A stretch of DNA of 64,000 nt from Camelus dromedarius (lineage: Eukaryota). Position numbers and translations under genes: made by a program. Shown here piece by piece: positions 11,865-24,650 of this stretch (positions are counted from its first letter, which is position 1; every line of letters begins with the position of its first letter). Location: the NCBI RefSeq assembly GCF_036321535.1, contig NC_087437.1, positions 114,206,001 to 114,270,000 on the forward strand. Direction: 5' to 3'. The notes beneath the pieces were generated by a model, which searched no databases, was not told the origin of the DNA, and worked only from the letters and a program-made list of their open reading frames with translations.

Positions 11865-12800
11865 GAGGTGGATGTTACTGGTGTTCACCAATTTCTAGTT
11901 CTTGTCTACTTCTAGTGATGTCTTCATGACACTTCTCCATATCCTTGAAATTCAGCTTGGCCACGTCTCATGGCTAATGAAATATGAAGCACGTCACTTC
12001 CAGGCCAAAGCATGTCACTGCTGTTGCTCAGCTCTCCCGTTGTCTCTTACCCTACCAGAGTAAGCCCTGAGCTCCCCGTGGTGGTGTCCTAGGTGATATT
12101 CTGGTTATCGTCCCTGCAGAAGAACTGAATGACTTTAAGCAAGCACTGACATCTGCGCATGGATGCTGTGGGTTAGGATTTTGAACAGGGTAAAGACCAG
12201 ATGACTCGTCGATGCTCCATCATGTCTGAGGCTGGGGAAACTCAATGGCTAAGGTCTAGAATCATCTGAAGGCTCATTTATGCACATGTCTGGTGCTGGG
12301 AACGTGATGACTCAAAGGCTAAGACTGTCACCCAGAGTGCCCACTCTAGTCTCTCCAGGTGGTGAGGACTTGCTCCCAACATGGCGACATTAAGGCAGTC
12401 AGATTTCATACATGGCAGCCCAGGGCTCCCAGGGCTCCCAGGGCTCCCAGGGCTCCGAGTGCAAATATCCCAGCAAAGGAGGAAACTACATAGACATTTG
12501 GAGCCAGCTTGGAAGCCATGCATGTCGCATCTGCCATACACTATTAGCTGAAGCAGCAACTAGCTGGCCAGATTCAAGGACAGGGGACATGGTACCCTTT
12601 CTCCATCAGAGCAGTGTCAAAGGATGTGGAGGCAGTGGAGAGGGGACATTTCTGAAGACCACCACTGGGGGTAAGGAGTGACTATTTGGAGTAGAGCCCC
12701 ACTGCCCTTTCACAAAACCGTGTGAAATAATAATAAAGTCTTACTGTGTTAAGCCACTGAGGTTCTGGTGGTAATTGTCCATGCCCAACCCAAACAGGAT
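11865..12800. mobile_element. Nested MaLR LTRs: an MLT1 on the minus strand (~12095-12670) inside an older plus-strand MLT1
   Basis: Outer LTR: cagcttggccacgt...ggctaatgaaat...cacttccagg on the left and aataaa...ttaagccactgag on the right. Inner LTR: agaatcatctgaaggctcatt...cacatgtctgg...aacatggcg. Confidence 0.6.
12419..12456. repeat. Perfect 9-bp tandem repeat (CCCAGGGCT)x4
   Basis: Read directly from the sequence. Confidence 0.95.
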
Positions 12801-13870
12801 ATTGCCTTAAGACTCAAAAAGTTGATGAACTTTCTCCTTAAATCTCAAATTGACCAAAATAGGAAGTACTTCTACTTCAGGGGAGTATAACTCCATCCTA
12901 AACGCATGCTTCAAAACCAACCAGGTTACTTTAAATGAACATTTCCCAAGCTGTGTTTGGAGGAATACAGAATATATACGTGTAATCCCTTTAGCAAGAA
13001 ACTGTAGGTTTCCATTAATGCCACGATAGCACATACCTGTTCCAGGTACCCCAACCGCCTGCTAAAGGGTCGTTTCAAACATCACAGATCAGTCTCAACA
13101 CTAACCATCAAATGGTCCTCTCTTGAATCCCAGGAACTGCTTTCTATAAGATTCAGTCTAGCACAGTTCCTTTCCACACCCATGTTAGGTTTGTATCTTT
13201 GTGTATTTAAATTTCTGCCTTTGGTCAACTTTGGTTCAGAGGTGATGGTATGGGGTTGAATTCCACTATTTGATCAGCTATTTCAAATAAATAGGTCAAA
13301 GTATAAGACTACGTCTTAAGTTGAGCTAAAAGCTGGATGTGGGGGCAGGGGATCTACTGAAGACTTGTTGGCAAAGACTGAGATCTGAAGTTACATCATG
13401 TCCCCAAGGAGGCAAGATATGCACACAAAACCTTAACGAGTGATCTGATCAAGGTACAATAAGGATCCGAAGGCAAAGCACAGAAAGGTACATTGTCAGA
13501 GTCGTGAGAAGGGAGATGAGACTTGGCGAAGGTAGGGGACAGCTTTAGAGAAGGAACTTGGTTCAGCTTGTCTTTGAAAGGAAGACAGCTTTGACTATAA
13601 GGGGAGGAGCAAAGAATGCTCAGAACGTGTAGAGGCAAGAATGCTCAGGGGAGGATCTGGCACCAGGAAGAAACTGGACAGGCTGGACTCCATAGAGTGT
13701 CTTCAAACAGCATGAAATTATCGAAATTAGTTTCCAAGTCATTGTGATCCAATGAACAACCTGACTCAGCCTACTTCCTGAGGGCTTCAGACCAGATGGA
13801 CTGGGCACAGTGTGGATCCATCACATTAAAAATGACAGAGAAATTCAAGAGCAACACAAATAATATAATG

Positions 13871-14075
13871 GCACAGCACAGGGCACTATATTCAATGTCT
13901 TGTCGTAACTTATGGTGAAAAAGAACATGAAAATGAATATCTGTATGTTCATGTATGACTGAAGCATTGTGCTGTACACCAGAAATTGACACAACGTTGT
14001 AAACTGACTATCCTTCAATAAAAACATATATCTAAATACATACATACATACATACATACATACATACATACATAA
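13871..14075 (+). mobile_element. L1 3' terminus with a (TACA)n tail
   Basis: cagcacagggcactatattcaat...gctgtacaccagaaattgacacaacgttgtaaactgactat..caataaaa, then about 9 TACA units. Confidence 0.9.
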
Positions 14076-15039
14076 TCTAGAAGAGAGACACTGTGCCCAA
14101 AAGTGATTAGAGACAAGAGGTAGCCATAACATTCAAGAAGAGGCCAGGTTATCTGAGATCATCTGACCCGTCTGTGTATGCTCTATTAAAATAACAACAA
14201 AAAGAGTGTATTTGCATACATAACTCCCCACTTTAATTCATTTCAGCAGAAGTCCCATCCCAGAATCGCTGGGGCACTGAATGCCAGCTATAAAAAATCG
14301 GACTATATGATGAAACAATACTGTTCTTTTATCAATTTTCATTATTTTCTCCCCAAATTTCAATGCAGAGAGAAACTCGAATCTTGGTGTAATATTTTCC
14401 CCACAAATAGGGAAAGCTGAGGTTTGCGTCCTTTGGAAGACAGAGAGTGACTGCTGCTTTCTGGAGAAGGAGGTTAAAAGATACTAATCTGGGTAGAAGA
14501 TGGGCTGTTGTGAACAGCTCTCTCCTTCCCACAGCTGGTCATCTGCCAGAACCAACGAGCAGAGTGGCACTTGCCGTCTGAGAGGGAACCGTCTGAATTA
14601 GGGAAGCCCTTTATTTGGGAGGAAAGCTTTGTTGGCCAGGACAGCTGATGAGCTGCTCCCAGAACGCCCGGCTGACTCGCACCAGGAGTTCTGTAAGAGA
14701 GAGGCCTGAGCGCATGTCAGGAGCAGATTAGAGTCAGCAAACAGATATATAATTTCTGAGTTAAAGTTGGCCTGTGGCACTGTCATAATTAATTTTGTTT
14801 CAACGTTTGTAAGATCATCACTTTGGAATCTGTAGACTAACAGACAGTAATAACTCCACAGATCGAGCTGCCTGAGTCCAATTACAAGTGTTTCATCTCT
14901 GGTGGCAGCAACGTGGAGTGAGCTGAGACTTGGAGCAAAGGCTGGAAAAGTTTCATGTGGATCATTGGCCTGAAAAATGCTTATAAACACAAAAATGTTA
15001 TCAACAATTCTGAAATTACTTTCAAAGAGAGAAACCTCT

Positions 15040-15779
15040 TTTTTAATTTTATTTTTCACTGAAGTGTAGTTGATTTATAATGTTAGTTTCAGGTGTACAG
15101 TGAAGTGATTTAGTTATATATATACATATATTTTCAGATTCTTTTCCATTATAGTTTATTACAAGAAATTGAATATAGTTCCCTGTGCTATACAGTAGGT
15201 CCTTGTTGTTTATCTGTTTTATATATAGTACTGTGTGTCTGTTAATCCCAAACCCCTAATTTATCCCTCACCCCCTTTCCCCTTTGGTAACAGTAGTTTG
15301 TTTTCTATGTCCATAAGTCTGTTTCTGTTTTGTAAATAAAATTTCCATCCTTTTTTAGATTCCACATGTAAGTGATATCATATGATATTTGTCTTTGTCT
15401 GATATAATGCAGTTAATATGATAATCTCTAGGTCCATCCATGTTGCTGTAAATGGCATTATTTCATTCTTTTTTATGGCTGAGTAGTGTTCCATTATGTA
15501 TATATACCACATCTTCTTTACCCATTCATCTGTTGATGGACATTTAGATTGTTTCCAATAGGTCTTGGCTATTATATATAGTGCTGCTATGAACACTGGG
15601 GTATACGTATCTTTTCAAATTATAGTTTTCTCTGGATATGTGCCCAGGAGTGGGATTGCTGGATCATATGGTAAGTCTACTTTTAGTGTTTTTCAGGAAC
15701 CTCTGTACTGTTCTCCACAGTGGCTGCACCAATTTACATCCCACCAACAACATAGGAGGGTTTCCTTTTCTCCATATCC
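15040..15779 (-). mobile_element. L1 ORF2 C-terminus and 3' UTR
   Basis: ORF 15378-15596 translates to MFIAALYIIAKT.WKQSKCPSTDEWVKKMWYIY (L1 ORF2 end); T-rich tail at 15040. Confidence 0.95.
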
Positions 15780-17849
15780 CACAGAGAGATACATTTTACT
15801 CTATGAGCGTTTCAAGGAATCTTTTTCGGAGAAACCTTATTGCATGCCATGCATTCAAAATGCAATCACCACCTACAGTAGAAGAAAGAAGATTCCCAGA
15901 GAAAGATGCAAAGGAAGAGAAACAAATGGACAAATGGGGTGGGGTTGGGGGGAGGATGAGATAACAGATGACGGAGTGAGATAAGGAGGGACAGAGATGA
16001 AAACAAGAAAGATCCCAAAAGGAGACTCATTTCATCTCTTTGTATTTGCAGGTGTCCTGATGCAATAATGGGAGATTCCAGCATAGGTGGGCGGATATAA
16101 GGAAAGGATCAGGGGACACCAACTAGCGTTTTACTTGCCCCCAGACCCGAGCAGCATCCACCTCTCAGCTGACACCTCACTCACGCACAGGGGGACTCTG
16201 ATCTGCTAAGCTGAGTTTGTTTCCTCGTTGGCCAACACACCAACACATCCTTACAAGCAGCTAGCGTGGAAAATGACTGAAAACCTGCAGCACACTCACA
16301 GGAAGAGAGGCACTCTTCTTATCTGGTCCAGTGACAGAAATCGCACAAAGGGGCACTTTGTCATCGTAGAAGAGTGACAGGCAGCAGTGCGGATCTATGA
16401 ACCTGACCCACATACCCAGGCCTTGGAGAAACAAGAGACCAGTAAGGTTCCACCTCCCCTGGCACCCAGGTGCATTGCTCACACTCTTATCCACTCACTC
16501 ATTTGTGAATTCCCAAACGTTCTGCAAACCTTTCTAGACATTAGAACCGTGCGATTACAGTGTGCCATCTCTGGAGGAAAGGAAGACTTTTGTGGGGATT
16601 AATTTGATTTGTTGTTTGTTTTGCTCTGTTTCCACTTGCTCTCAGGTCTGCTACCCACTCTTCAGAATGGAATCAAAAAGCCAGGACCCTGGCTTTTCCC
16701 CCAGGCCTCCCGCAGAACTTCTAGCACCTTCCTCACACAGGTGAGATTAGAAGCACAGAGCTCTGGAATTGGAAGGATGGAAGACAAGATGTAAAGAAAG
16801 GCCCACCTTTCAGTCTCATGGGATCCAGCTCAAATTTAAGTGCTCAAAATAGCGACTTTCTCTCAGAAAAGGGAACTGCTTGCTGCTCCACTCGCAGGGC
16901 AGTGGGCTGTTTCCTGACTGATGCTGCCTGTCTCTGGGCTAAAGCCAGAGTGCTTGTTGCATGAGCTTCAGTCCAGCAGAACCCCCTTTGTTTTCTGCAG
17001 CTGTCCTTTTAAAATGTGGCAGTGGGTAAGATCCACTCTCTCCCTGCCCTGCATCTGTTTCACCGAGCTAAACCCTCAATTTATTGCTTTCTCTTTTTTA
17101 AAGTGAGATAACCCAGTTCAAGAAATTTAGCAAATGTCTCCAGCTAAGCCAAAAATGTAAAGATGAGGAAGGATTTGGAATTTCTTATATTATTCTCCTG
17201 TAGCCAGGTGATGTGTTGTTTGTTTCCTGGGCATGTTGTGATATGAGGCTCTTTGACTACATGTTATCAGTGTCATGGTTGTCTCAGGGATTTCCAGCTT
17301 GCAAGACATCACCCAGAGCTAGGCTAGTGCAAATGTTTTAAATTTTATTTAAAATTTTAAAAATTAAAAATAAACCCTAAATTTAGAACTTTCCAGATTC
17401 ACATGTGCTGGGCATTAGTCCCAGCTACTCATCAGTTGGTAGCCTGAGACCAGTTCCCTAACCTCTCCATGCCTCAGTTTCTCACAGCTACAAAACTCTG
17501 ATGAGGATTCCTGCCCTACCTACTTTGTAGTACTAAAAGGAGAAGATGGGAAAATGCCAAGAATTACACAACATTCAAATGTGCCATCTTATGACCATGA
17601 CGACTGACCTGTCCACAATAATTACTGGGGGACTTGCAGGTTATGCTTAAGTCACTGGAGAATAACACACAAGCAACTTCCTACTAAACTACCACAAGGC
17701 TTCCTCCAGAACCTATCTACATGTGTGCCAATAGCTACCTACATTTGGGGTTCTATCTATGATATCTGACACTTATTTTTACAGAATGATCATATTAATG
17801 CAGCTGTGTCCAAATCCAAAAATAAGCCAAGGTAAGGGCAATTTTTCTA

Positions 17850-18375
17850 TTTTAATTTTTAAATTATATAATAAAGTCAACCTTCTTTCCCCTTTGGCAT
17901 TCAGGTCTATGGATTATAGCACAGGTATGTATTTGTCTAACCACCACCACAATCTGGATACTGACCAGTTCCATCACCCTAAAAAATTTCCTTTATGGTC
18001 ATATCCTTCTCACACCACAGCCCCTATAACTACTAATCTGTTCTCCAGGTCTATTCTGATCTTTTTGGAAAATGTCATGTAAATGGAATTATAGAACATT
18101 TAGCTGTTTGGAAGTGGCTCTTTTTCAATCAGCACAATATCTCTGAGAATCATCGTCGAAATTATTGTCTGTTTCTTTTCATTACTAAACAGTATTCCAT
18201 GGTATGGACATATCACAGTTGGTTTAACCATTCATCTGATGAAGGAAATCTGGTTTACTTCCACATCTTGGCAATTATGAATAAAGTGGCATAAACACTC
18301 ACACATAGGCTGTTGTATGAACATAAGGTTCATTTCTCTAGGGTGTATACCCAGGAGTGGGATTGCTGGGTCATT
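17850..18375 (-). mobile_element. Older L1 (L1MB/MC-like) 3' region
   Basis: accaccaccacaatc...ccatcaccctaaaaaatttcc...tattccatggtatggacatatcacagtt...ccaggagtgggattgctgggtcat. Confidence 0.85.
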
Positions 18376-21099
18376 CAAATAATTTTTTTTTTTAACAAAT
18401 GTGACTTGTAAATGTCAACATCCCACTAAATCTCCAGGATTTTTTTTCAAGTCAATCTGTTAAAATAAGAGACTAAACCCACTATTAATCAACACTCAAA
18501 AACTAATGTGCTCTACCCTCTCTAAAAATCTGAGGTTTTGATATTTGTGTGCTAATTTTGAGTATTTTTCATAGAGAAATAATTTAAAATGTCATTTTAG
18601 CGCTGTTGTAAATAATTTTCCCTGATTCTATCAAGAGTGATTTTTATCGGCTAAGAGATATCCATTTGATTTTCTAAAGTAAAGAAAAAAATTTTTTAAC
18701 ATTTTTTATTGATTTAATAAAAAAAAGAAAAGAAAGAAAAATAAAATAAAGCTAAGTAGAAAGGGGGTTTCTATACTAGAGTTTGAGTTAAAACAGGCTG
18801 GATCTAGCATAATTTTAAAGTCACCAGGCTAAACTTTATAAAGAACATACCCTCATCTCTGCTCAACACTACCCCTTAGAGTATCTGAAGATTAAGGAGT
18901 GCCCTCCAAGGGCCTGTCTTTAGCATTTGGTAAGCAGTCCTAGAAGAAACCACAGCCACTGGAGTTCTGTGAGCTAACCTGTAACTGGCATCTTTCACCC
19001 TGAGCCCCATGGGTCCCATGAGCCTCAGAATAATCTATATTCCCCTGGCTGAAGATGATCGCATAACATCAGTGTACTTAAAATTCAATCTCATTCTTCC
19101 TAATCTATGCTCCATTATGCAGGTCTTTGAAATAGTCTCGAAAGAAGGTAAGCCTTATATTGATTCCCATTCTCCTACATAGCAACTGGTGTGTAGTAAC
19201 CCATAGTATAATATGAGGGGGAGAAAATATTGATTCTAGGAAACTTAATATTATTAAAAGACAGTTGTATTAAATCTCTTTCCTGGACTTAGCTGAGCGC
19301 TTTTTTTTTTCTTTCCCATTTTCAGAAAATCAATGAAGCTAATACCCTTGTTAGTTTTAGACTTTCTACTACAGCAGTTTCATGTCATCATAGAACCATC
19401 AGAAGGTTTGTAAGCTCAGCACTTGCAGTCCTTGACTGACTGACGATAATAACAGTCCTCTCTTTAGTTACTCCGCCACTTAGAGGGGACAAGCTGTATT
19501 CAAATTACATTTTCCATGTATCTGTTTTCTCCAGTGGGTAAAAGTCTCAAGATAGGGCCTAGCCTTAGCCATAAAGTGCCTAAGTGTTTATGATCAAGTT
19601 CATTACACAGATGCAATTTGCAGTTTGAGAGACATCTAAAGAAATAAAGCCAGCAAGAATCAACATAGGGAGGGAGCTTTTTGACAGAGAACACCTGCCA
19701 ACTGAAAACCCTAGAATGTGTTATTTAAGACTGTAAGTCACATTGGCTTTTCTGTGGACCATCCAAACACGAGCTTTCCTTTTTATAAAGAGCAGCTGCT
19801 TCTGATTTGTGACAAGATTAAAGCATTTTGGAATCTCTCTCCAGATATCCAAGTTCTGATAGAATGTCTGCTATGTCATTATCAAATACAACAAGACTGT
19901 AATATGGCTCAAGAGTCAATGAACCAAAGACTGGAATCTTCTTCTAATTATATAATATGAAACTCCTTGTAATTCTGATGCCACAAATTTGGAATTTCTG
20001 ATTAATATGGGTTAGACTGCTAAGCAAGCGTTTTCTTCATAGACACTGCAAACAGTATTTTAAAAACAGGATGGCAAGAATAATGCTGAAACTATGTGAA
20101 AAATAAACTGTTTTCAAGCCCCCTCAAAGCTTTTAGAAGCCACAATTAGCATGCAAATATTTGTGGTGCTTTTTATAGTTATTTTATATCCTTTTCTTCT
20201 GGCTTCTCTTGAGAGTGGTATTCTCAGCTTCCAACTGACCAAGTCCACCTGGATATTCCAGACACCATGAGTTGATTTGCCCCAAGCCAGATTGTGTACT
20301 TGTATTTCTTGCTCACTGTCCCTCTTCCTGTTTTCCCGCTTTTCATAAAAGGACTCCCCCATCTCCACCATCATCTAAAAGAGAAATCTGAAAAGCAACC
20401 AAGGGCCATCAGTTGACAGTGACACTGTGTAGGGAATGTCTAACTTGACTCCTCTCTCCTGGAATCCAATTTGTTTCTGCTTCCTCCCCACTCAACCTGG
20501 ACCCTTGAAAGGCCTCCTGAAATGCTTTCCACTTGGCAGCACCCTTCCTGGAGATACCCTCCTGAAAAAAACCAGATCGTCAGATCATATTGAAAACTGC
20601 CACTGGCTTCACAGCGCCCGTCAGATAATACGCCGAGGCACCAGCTCTGGGTACCAGGAAGGCTCTAGACTCAAAGACGATATGGATGACCCTGAGCAGG
20701 CATCAGAGCAGAAATGTCTGTGTCCTACTTGGGTGAAGGTAAGAAGATCCCATGGGCTTGAATGGGAGTTTTTATTAGTGACAGTTACACAAGATGGGTT
20801 GTAGAGGTGAAGGGGGTCGAGACCCGTGGAGACTTCAAACTCAGCCTGTGACTTTTTGACTTTATCCCTCCATCCACGGGGAGCCACGGCATATCATAAG
20901 GAGAAGAGGCAGAAAGAAGCAATGTTCAGATGGAAACACCAATCCCTTTCCCCAGGGTTACACAAACAATTGAATGATGTCTCATTAGGCTACTAGTTAC
21001 TTTCACTAGGGGAAAAAGAGAGAGAGAGAGAAAGGTATTTATTGACAAGTAACTCTTTAGGTGCTTCCCTTTAATACACGTTGAAGTTTTAAATAACTC

Positions 21100-21300
21100 T
21101 TTAGACTGGCTCTTCAAACATAAATGTCTTTCTGGGGATTCACAATGTATTGCAGCAGTACATAGTTTAACTGTGATGGTCCTTCTCCAGAGCCGAAAGA
21201 AGTAGAAATGTAGGACCTCATCAGATAATGAGGGGACTTCATTTCTTTGAACCAAAGCAAAAAGAAATATGATGAAGAATACATTAATGAGGGTTTCAAA
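21100..21300 (+). mobile_element. Possible hAT (Charlie/Buster-type) transposase N-terminal fossil
   Basis: 21256-21297 translates to SKKKYDEEYINEGF, resembling the KKRKY.E.Y...GF motif ahead of the BED finger in Buster/Charlie transposases; in-frame stops lie upstream. Confidence 0.4.
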
Positions 21301-21429
21301 CCTGAGTGCCAGAAAGCCTAACATCATTCCTAAATAGGCTAATTGCTTGAAATTAGAATAACGAATTAATACCTGTAGATCATCAGAGTTGCTTCCTATC
21401 CTGACTACCAATACACAGTCCCAATGCCA

Positions 21430-22130
21430 ACCAGCCATCTCTCCCAGGATACCTCTTCCGTAAAGTCAAACTTACCATGGCCAAAGTTGAATCATCCCTA
21501 AAACTTCTCTACTTACGTTAAGGGTTTTAGTGTCCACCTATTCATACCTAAGCTGGAAACACTGTAATTATTCTTATCTCCTGTCTCTCTCCCTAAACTT
21601 CTGCATCGATGGGTTCCCCAACAGCCATCACTTACCTCCAAAATGTCTGTTTGAATCAGTCCCACTCAACACTAGCAGCACCATTCCCTTATCATCAGTC
21701 TCCCAAAAGATTTCAGTTGCCTTCTAAATGGCTCTCACTAACAATCTAACAGCCAGCTGGTGTCTTCTACTTCGGCCACTCCAGGAATTCACACTCCCTC
21801 TTCCTTCCCCACCTGACAAATCCCCGCCCCTTACCTTTCAGCTTAGCTCAAATGTCACTTCCTTGCAATGTCATCATTTCCCACCTCCTCCAAAAATTAA
21901 CAGGCTCCTCCTCTAGACGCCCTCTGTTATTTGTACTTTCTTTAATTATAACACTTATCCCATTTCTGTTATGACTTGATGTTTAAGATTCATTCTTCCC
22001 TGGTAAATTCCTGTATTTCTTGAGGTTCAGGACCACGTATTATTCTTTTCTGAGTCTCTGGGGAGTTTAGCACATCTCCTGAAACATAGTATACTCTCTC
22101 AAAATGTTTGCCGAACTCACGCCATGCCCT
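21430..22130 (+). mobile_element. L2 LINE fragments
   Basis: tcaaacttaccatggccaaagttgaatc, cagcttagctcaaatgtcacttcct and the 3' end cacatctcctgaaacatagtatactctc..aaatgtttg. Confidence 0.65.
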
Positions 22131-22183
22131 GCTCTCTCTCTCTAATAAAGTGACGTATCTAATCCCAAATCTGAGCATTTCCT

Positions 22184-22997
22184 CACCTCACACCAGTCAG
22201 AATGGCCATCATTCAAAAGTCCACAAATGACAAATACTGGAGAGGCTGTGGAGAAAAGGGAACCCTCCTACACTGCTGGTGGGAATGCAGCTTGATGCAG
22301 CCACTGTGGAAAACAGTATGGAGATTCCTCAAAAGACTAGGAATAGACTTACCATATGACCCAGTAATCCCATGCCTGGGCATACAACCAAAAGGAACCC
22401 TGCTTCAAAATGACACCTGCACCCCAATGTTCATAGTAGCACTATTTACAATAGCCAAGACATGGAAAAAGACTAAATGTCCATCAACAGATAACTAGAT
22501 AAAGAAGATGTGGCATATTTTACAATGGAATACTATTTAGCCATAAAAATGACAACATAACACCATTTGCAGCAACATGGATGTCCCTAGAGAATGTCAT
22601 TCTGAGTGAAATAAATCAGAAGGAGAAAGAAAAATACCATATGAGATCATTCATATGTTGAATCTTAAAAAAAGAAAAAAAGAACATAAATACAGAACAG
22701 AAACAGACTCATAGACATAGAATACAAACTGGTGGTTGCCAAGGGGGCGGGAGGTGGGAAGGGACAGACTGGAAGTTCAAAATTTGTAGATACTGACAGG
22801 CATATGCAGAATAGATAAACAAGATTATACTGTATAGCACAGGGAAATATATACAAGATCTTGTGGTAGCTCACAGAGGAAAAAAATGTAACAATGAATA
22901 CACGTATGTTCATGTATAACTGAAAAATTGTGCTCTACACTGGAATTTGACACAACATTGTAAAATGACTATAACTCAATTAAAAAATGTTTTTTAA
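22184..22997 (+). mobile_element. Relatively young lineage L1, 5'-truncated (ORF2 C-terminus plus 3' UTR)
   Basis: ORF 22202-22498 [29 protein letters not shown]...[11 protein letters not shown] is the ORF2 cysteine-rich end. Probable TSD aaatctgagcatttc (22167-22181) / aaatatgatcatttc (22998-23012). Confidence 0.96.
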
Positions 22998-24244
22998 AAA
23001 TATGATCATTTCTAATTTAAGTTTTTTAGATTTTGACGGCTGCACATCTTGCCTCACGTGAATTACCTTTGCCCATCTGTCCCCTGTACCCGTTGCTATT
23101 TGGTCTTCCTAAGAGCAAACCTCTTACAAGAAGAATTTGGTACAAGATTTTACCACTGTGGATGCCTACAGGAAGTACAGAGGAAAGAGGAGGTAGAGGA
23201 AGTGTACTTGTACTTGTACTTCAGTGTCTACTTTAGAAACCCCAAACATACACCTACGGAGATCACTCATGCCCCAACCCCGGCATTGGCTTCTAGAGAA
23301 AATAGCTGCACTTTGGGAGCCAGTTGTGTACTCCAATGCAGATATTAGAGTTCTACATGGCTCATAATTATCTGTGGGTTAAATTAACAGCCTGCTCCCT
23401 GTAGTCATCACTCCTCATGCCAACTAAACGGCTCTCTCAAACCCACACCTGTCTTGAATAGTCAATTACCAAAGCTGAGAAAGCAGGAAATGGTTTTAAG
23501 CATCAATAATTTAAATTAAAAAGTTATAAAGAGTCATCCTTCTTCCTGGAGTGTAAATGAATGAAACTCTAAGTGTATGGTAAAGACACTGTAATTGCCA
23601 GCAAATTAAGTCTCAATAAAGATGAAGAGGGAAATCTGTCTCCTTGACTCTTGGACTATTTCCTTCCAAAGGCTGTCCCACATTAAAAGTGGAAACAACT
23701 CACCTCAGTGTAGACCGTGCATCTGTGGTAAGTGTGATCACAGGCAGTCACACAGGAGAGCTCCCATCAGCAGCATCCCTTATACCCAACTGGGGCTGGT
23801 GAGGTGAGGTACTCTGCAACTAAACTACTCATCCAGGGCAGACCTGGTCCAGAGGGCGCTGGGTTAAAAAAAAAAAAAAAAAAAAAAGGCAGACCTTCTT
23901 CCACCCAGATCCTGTTTAGCCCGCTCATCTGTGAGAACAAGCATGTGAATGTTTTGATTCTACATTCAGTAGCGCAAAGTTGCACTTAATCAAAGATCCT
24001 GGAGGGATAACTTCCTAGCACTCAAACAAGTCTTCTAAATCGCAGTTGGCTCTTCCCCCCCTCATCCCTCCACCATCTCTCTGTAGTTTGAGAGTCCCCT
24101 CTACACTACAATTTTCCTTGGTCTTTTTAGTCCACAGTAATTTTGTCAGATAATCTCATTCAAAGTAAGATATGGCAGCTCTGGTCCTATGTGTCATCTC
24201 CTTCATTTGTGGAGATCATTTAAAAATCATGTAAAAGTGAGTTG

Positions 24245-24650
24245 GTATGTATGCACCACAATGTGTTTATCCATCCATCCACTGATGAACAGTTGGGTTC
24301 ATTCATTAAAAAAAAAAAAAAAGAAAAGATGTTCTGACACATGCTACAACATGGGTGAACCTTGAAACATGAGGCTAAGTGAAGAAAGCCAGACACAAAA
24401 ACCACATGTTGCATGATTTCATTTGCATGAAATGCCCAGAACAGGCTAAATCATAGACACAGAAAGCAGACTTGTGATCGCCAGGGGCTGGAGGGAGGGG
24501 GCATGAGGAAAGACTCTTTGGTGGGAGCAGGATGGACTTTTGGGGTGATGAGAATGCTTTGGAGCTAGATAGAGCTGGTGGTAATACAATGTTGTACCAA
24601 TGAATTCTTTAAAATGGTTAATTTCATGTTATATGAATTTCCCCACAATT
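24245..24650 (+). mobile_element. L1MB-like 3' end with a 5' inversion
   Basis: 24245-24300 is antisense L1; 24305 onward is sense (ctgacacatgctacaacatgggtgaaccttgaaa...aaaatggttaatttcatgttatatgaattt). Confidence 0.85.

Noticed and set aside
14598..15059. 153-aa minus-strand ORF
   Set aside because: It starts in an L1 tail with a non-ATG codon and has no recognisable domain or exon structure.
16055..16067. Minus-strand resemblance to the 5' end of miR-217
   Set aside because: There is a seed mismatch, similarity stops after 13 nt, and there is no hairpin.
20926..21438. 170-aa minus-strand ORF with hydrophobic stretches
   Set aside because: It spans L2-like, possible hAT-fossil and (GA)n sequence, with no recognisable family.
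22202..22498. ORF with a CWWEC motif as a host gene
   Set aside because: It is the L1 ORF2 C-terminus of a 5'-truncated, non-autonomous copy.
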